DNA of 64,000 nucleotides from Giardia intestinalis (Eukaryota): NCBI GenBank assembly GCA_000002435.2, contig CM018792.1; one strand, 5' to 3'. Shown piece by piece: positions 61,701 to 64,000 of this stretch (position 1 is its first letter; each line of letters starts with the position of its first letter). The notes under the pieces were generated by a model. It saw only the letters and a program-made list of their open reading frames with translations, ran no database searches and was not told where the DNA came from. The position numbers and the translations under genes were made by a program.

Positions 61701-64000
61701 GAGATGAAGAGAAAGCATGTTCATGTGTTGAGCCGTTAGTAGATCAGTTCAGTCTCATTATAACAAAGACATTTATGGCTAGTTCACAAAAGAAACCAAC
61801 CGACAAAGGCCAAAACTTGGCTTCCACAGTTGTTTCTATATTCAGAATCATCGGTATGTTAATTATGACGTGCAATAATGAGAGCACACTGATAAAGATT
61901 CTTCCAGCTGCAGGCATTATTTTGAACACAATTTATAGCAAGGATCTAGGCCTCTATAACACGATAATTTCCGCCTACATCTATCATATTCTGACCTTTA
62001 TTCCGTACCGCTTTACGAGCAACCCTGCAAAAGTAATCACTGCGTGGAAAAAGCTTCTCACTGTTTCGTTCGATATTCACGGGCTTGTCCCAGTCTACTA
62101 CACACTATTTGCTATCATGGCAGCTATCTGCAAAGAATTGGAAAACGAAGACGGCGAACTCAACATCCGGAACGGGCAACATGTCCTGACTCTGGGAGAG
62201 TACCTACACGAGGTAGTTAAGTTTCTCCACGACAAGTTTGATCCCGTCCATTCTGCAGCAGGGTTCTCTCTTCGGGTAACATCGGAGCTTCTTATTCATA
62301 TCCTCGAGCTTGGCGCTTACCTCTACGGAGGGTGTCCAGCCCTTACAGGGCCGTCTGGGCTTCTAGTCCGTGTTAGTTCAAAGCTACTGGCTATGCTGGT
62401 TTACTTTCTCCGAAATGTTAACGGGTTAGAACAGATGGACCCTGTCTTTCTCAGCAAGGTACTGGACTGTGAAGTAATTCCCACTCTCAAGGGTCTCTAT
62501 TCATCGGGGGCCTTCGAGGCTGCTTGCATGTACAGCGCACTCAACTGCTTAAGAACGATTAGGGACGCTGATAGCGAGCTGGCGAAGTACATCCAGGCAG
62601 TGTTGACATGTTGCAATAAGACGGATTTTCCTCGTTTGACCCTAAGCACGCGTGCACCCAAGACGTGCATGCAGCTAGATGTTGAGGCAGACAGAGGGAA
62701 AATACATAATTGTGACTTCAGAAAGCCCACCAATTTGTACACCGTAATCCGCGACCTTAGCGTAAAGAATCCGGGAATTTACGATGCTCTAGCCATACAA
62801 GGGCTAGTATCAATACAAAAGTATGCTGTAGCTTCTGATAAATCACTTCAACAGCCTGCAAAGCCTGTGAATGAGCAACGCGACTCCAGAGAGCAGCGAG
62901 TTCTTGCGGGAGGAGAGACATTGCACAATGTCTCTTCAGGCTTAGTTGATGGCAGCCTCCAAGATGGACGAAAGCAGCGGTACAGTGTAGATGAGTGTAT
63001 GACTGCTGAAAGGACATCCCTGGATGGAGACCGGAGCATCAGAGAAAGGCCGCCTTCGTCGCGCCCCTCCAGTGCTAGGTCTCGACGGAGTATCTCGCAC
63101 AGAGATAGCTCAAGCATGTATGATGATGAGCAAGATACTAGCCAGGCATTTAAGCATGAAAAAGATAGAATCGGGAAGAATGACGCGCACATTCGTCAAC
63201 GAGCTGTTTTGCACCACACTATAGACTCAGCAATGAAGGCACACCAGTCAGTAGAAAGTCCAGACAATAGCCTGCAGCAGGAGGATACATCTTCTGTTCT
63301 GGCATCTGCGGAACGCACCAGTGTTACTGACGGAGATCGTGAACGCTCTACTCTTAAAAAAGCGACCTCCACGCCTTTGCGAAAGATTGCCTCGAGTATG
63401 CGGAACAAGTCGTCGACTATCTTGCAGATGAAGCTCTCTAATATTCCAGAGTTTCTCCAGCCATACTATAAGGCTCCTGGTTTTGAACTGCCACTAAGCA
63501 AGGTTTTGGGCGTATTGTCTGAATATGAAAGTGCTTTAAGCGCAGAAAAAGATTCCATGATGCGCTCTGACTTAACTATAGCCATGATTCAGGCTCTATC
63601 TCTTTATGAGGATCACAGCATTGACAGCACAAAAATAAGCCGCAAGCTTCTCCAATCTATTGATGAAAAGGTACACACAGAATCCAATGCCAATGCAGGA
63701 GACTACTACCTTCTCTTGATGACAGAACTAGCCAGGACTGGCACTGTGTTGTCTGTCTTTGAGCAGGCCTGGTCTATTGGTCTGATCAATATGCTGGGGA
63801 TGACGAGGAGGCCTATCACCAGGAGCTATGCTATTCAGGCGCTAAACATGTGCATGAATAGCCATGTTATATTAACAGCTACCTCCGTAACAAAAAGCTA
63901 TATGGGTGGATCAATTTTGAAGGCTTTGAATGGAACTTCAGCCAGCTACTCCATTACATCGCCGACAGCAGGGATAATCGCAACCATCAAGCAGGAGACA
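58721..64000 (+). CDS. very large hypothetical HEAT/ARM-like protein, 5' part (>1750 aa within window; 3' end beyond window)
   Basis: Manual translation from the ATG at ~58721, which is preceded by aaataaaaacatATG with an in-frame TAA three codons upstream, stays open to the window end. The sequence is helical-repeat-like with Ser/Pro-rich linkers. The ORF is missing from the track because no stop is reached. Confidence 0.6.
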   Translation, partial: MSHKVPDVREQAGAEEYDETIYETIYESIYETYLEDDLPPATEPALEAQRSPYTDMGKPLGSRSDRSLVSLEAMITNSDPTTKAMGLDALRDSNDHDTRTKLAYAFQCLDDTNMIITDAAIQLLRVTVEDDPLPLLQDAYETTTKEFHDAVAHITSDIIFRSQKMTDASISILSMLTQVHLDLALFILTQMMNGFRQKNIKNVEITSTALRKLELYIDRAIDSSALVEFPGTLIKSIADSLTVALKTKGLGIKEVAEDYILSLTHIIPSDLLLTEFTKNKLTSVKGLTSTGNTPGPISRPITRPPPRAQSQPKNAYQSSSHRGSLSTHEPDNLSSRTTGSVSGSGVVGQEHAVEGLVASQQSFEEQVAGGSRQSFTDRDDSLTQPSDSFSKTDELKYVYTPPNFDPDAEDWISMMYIPRSILPGITDSSWQIRKEALETTELLFNPFIPHPQPSLTLAQCENRKNNKTVAEEILMRINEVVIGDQNIAVVIAALGALRIMLMYLPSSYYSSHSKREITESILQKLKSRKPSLLSPCYNTVDVILGRFLTLEEFIELPILQNALPEVPRDVIDKIPANCSFKAFIDQVDEYIKKDKRPIPPSKSALNTYLYIEFCRLLQRQMTFLLFLLLGGIYKKAVLQSVIPSSVMELLCAYAASPNVVIKLDLSESFQAMLAGMGTPTPLKTKELSGPSFTLPLRMESIAGLSSLRYYPLSFVAHLCRGFFCEKSLYTLSFIKICTGTLMRDMSSEVRSVSKEFDGILNTFMSLHRSALKQKLGGASRGSSPTKKTGPHASNAAKGQNSGHTQVKPAQIAVHPTDSDLLDFDPKKPSTQASLNDSDPTLGKTPVNTSNASNASQKSDPLSSPEKPKTPQHASGKAGARSGTPAKMKTPVRSVQSQPPQIIGTAGKTKFIYYHAYDFPAEIFRTCSFDSGTNFKRVKIMLRPPSFLLYKIGPVCTSDDLTFVETLNTPKYDFSLIFQPAHPQESREGTFYVLRDEEKACSCVEPLVDQFSLIITKTFMASSQKKPTDKGQNLASTVVSIFRIIGMLIMTCNNESTLIKILPAAGIILNTIYSKDLGLYNTIISAYIYHILTFIPYRFTSNPAKVITAWKKLLTVSFDIHGLVPVYYTLFAIMAAICKELENEDGELNIRNGQHVLTLGEYLHEVVKFLHDKFDPVHSAAGFSLRVTSELLIHILELGAYLYGGCPALTGPSGLLVRVSSKLLAMLVYFLRNVNGLEQMDPVFLSKVLDCEVIPTLKGLYSSGAFEAACMYSALNCLRTIRDADSELAKYIQAVLTCCNKTDFPRLTLSTRAPKTCMQLDVEADRGKIHNCDFRKPTNLYTVIRDLSVKNPGIYDALAIQGLVSIQKYAVASDKSLQQPAKPVNEQRDSREQRVLAGGETLHNVSSGLVDGSLQDGRKQRYSVDECMTAERTSLDGDRSIRERPPSSRPSSARSRRSISHRDSSSMYDDEQDTSQAFKHEKDRIGKNDAHIRQRAVLHHTIDSAMKAHQSVESPDNSLQQEDTSSVLASAERTSVTDGDRERSTLKKATSTPLRKIASSMRNKSSTILQMKLSNIPEFLQPYYKAPGFELPLSKVLGVLSEYESALSAEKDSMMRSDLTIAMIQALSLYEDHSIDSTKISRKLLQSIDEKVHTESNANAGDYYLLLMTELARTGTVLSVFEQAWSIGLINMLGMTRRPITRSYAIQALNMCMNSHVILTATSVTKSYMGGSILKALNGTSASYSITSPTAGIIATIKQET

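Noticed and set aside
1-64000. Prokaryotic interpretation (operons, CRISPR, IS elements) and tRNA/rRNA genes.
   Set aside because: The proteins are eukaryotic (kinesin, Rab, PACRG, histone-remodeller, ribosomal e-type proteins). No direct-repeat/spacer arrays, transposase ORFs or inverted terminal repeats were seen. No clover-leaf-like GTTCGA/box-A/B candidates were found in intergenic DNA by eye. A proper tRNAscan or Infernal run is still needed.

Overview
The window looks like compact, intron-poor eukaryotic DNA. Long uninterrupted ORFs sit on both strands with intergenic spacers under 100 bp. Several genes overlap at their 3' ends in convergent pairs. Start codons sit in short A/T-rich initiator contexts (…aaaaATG), and AGTRAAY-type polyadenylation motifs overlap or directly follow stop codons. 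I infer from these features that the source is a diplomonad, most likely Giardia-like. Background GC is roughly 45-50 %. The gene content is housekeeping and cytoskeletal. It includes an INO80-type split SNF2 ATPase that runs off the left edge, an EGF/tenascin-like secreted Cys-rich protein, L-asparaginase, ribosomal proteins L31e, L23a and S14, and a large ARM-repeat protein. It also includes acylphosphatase, a YIF1-like membrane protein, a kinesin-2-like motor, the axonemal protein PACRG, Dim1, a 2421-aa tandem-DExH helicase of the Brr2/Slh1 family, Rab1, and a cluster of three papain-family cysteine protease genes. A further set of large hypothetical proteins is present, one of which runs off the right edge. 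The outstanding feature is a ~5.3-kb compositional island at about 24288-29640 with ~75-78 % GC, flanked on both sides by gene-free AT-rich spacers. The island carries four tightly packed genes (a NEK-type kinase, an 836-aa Ala/Leu-rich protein, a Pro/acidic-rich protein and a 207-aa protein). These genes still use host-style A/T initiators and a host-style AGTGAAC polyA signal. No rRNA, tRNA, CRISPR or transposon could be supported by eye. The supplied ORF track omits ORFs that run off the window edges, and two large genes (1..5050 on the minus strand and ~58721..64000 on the plus strand) were recovered by manual translation. Most hits in the antisense frame, and all hits inside the GC island except the four genes above, are judged spurious.
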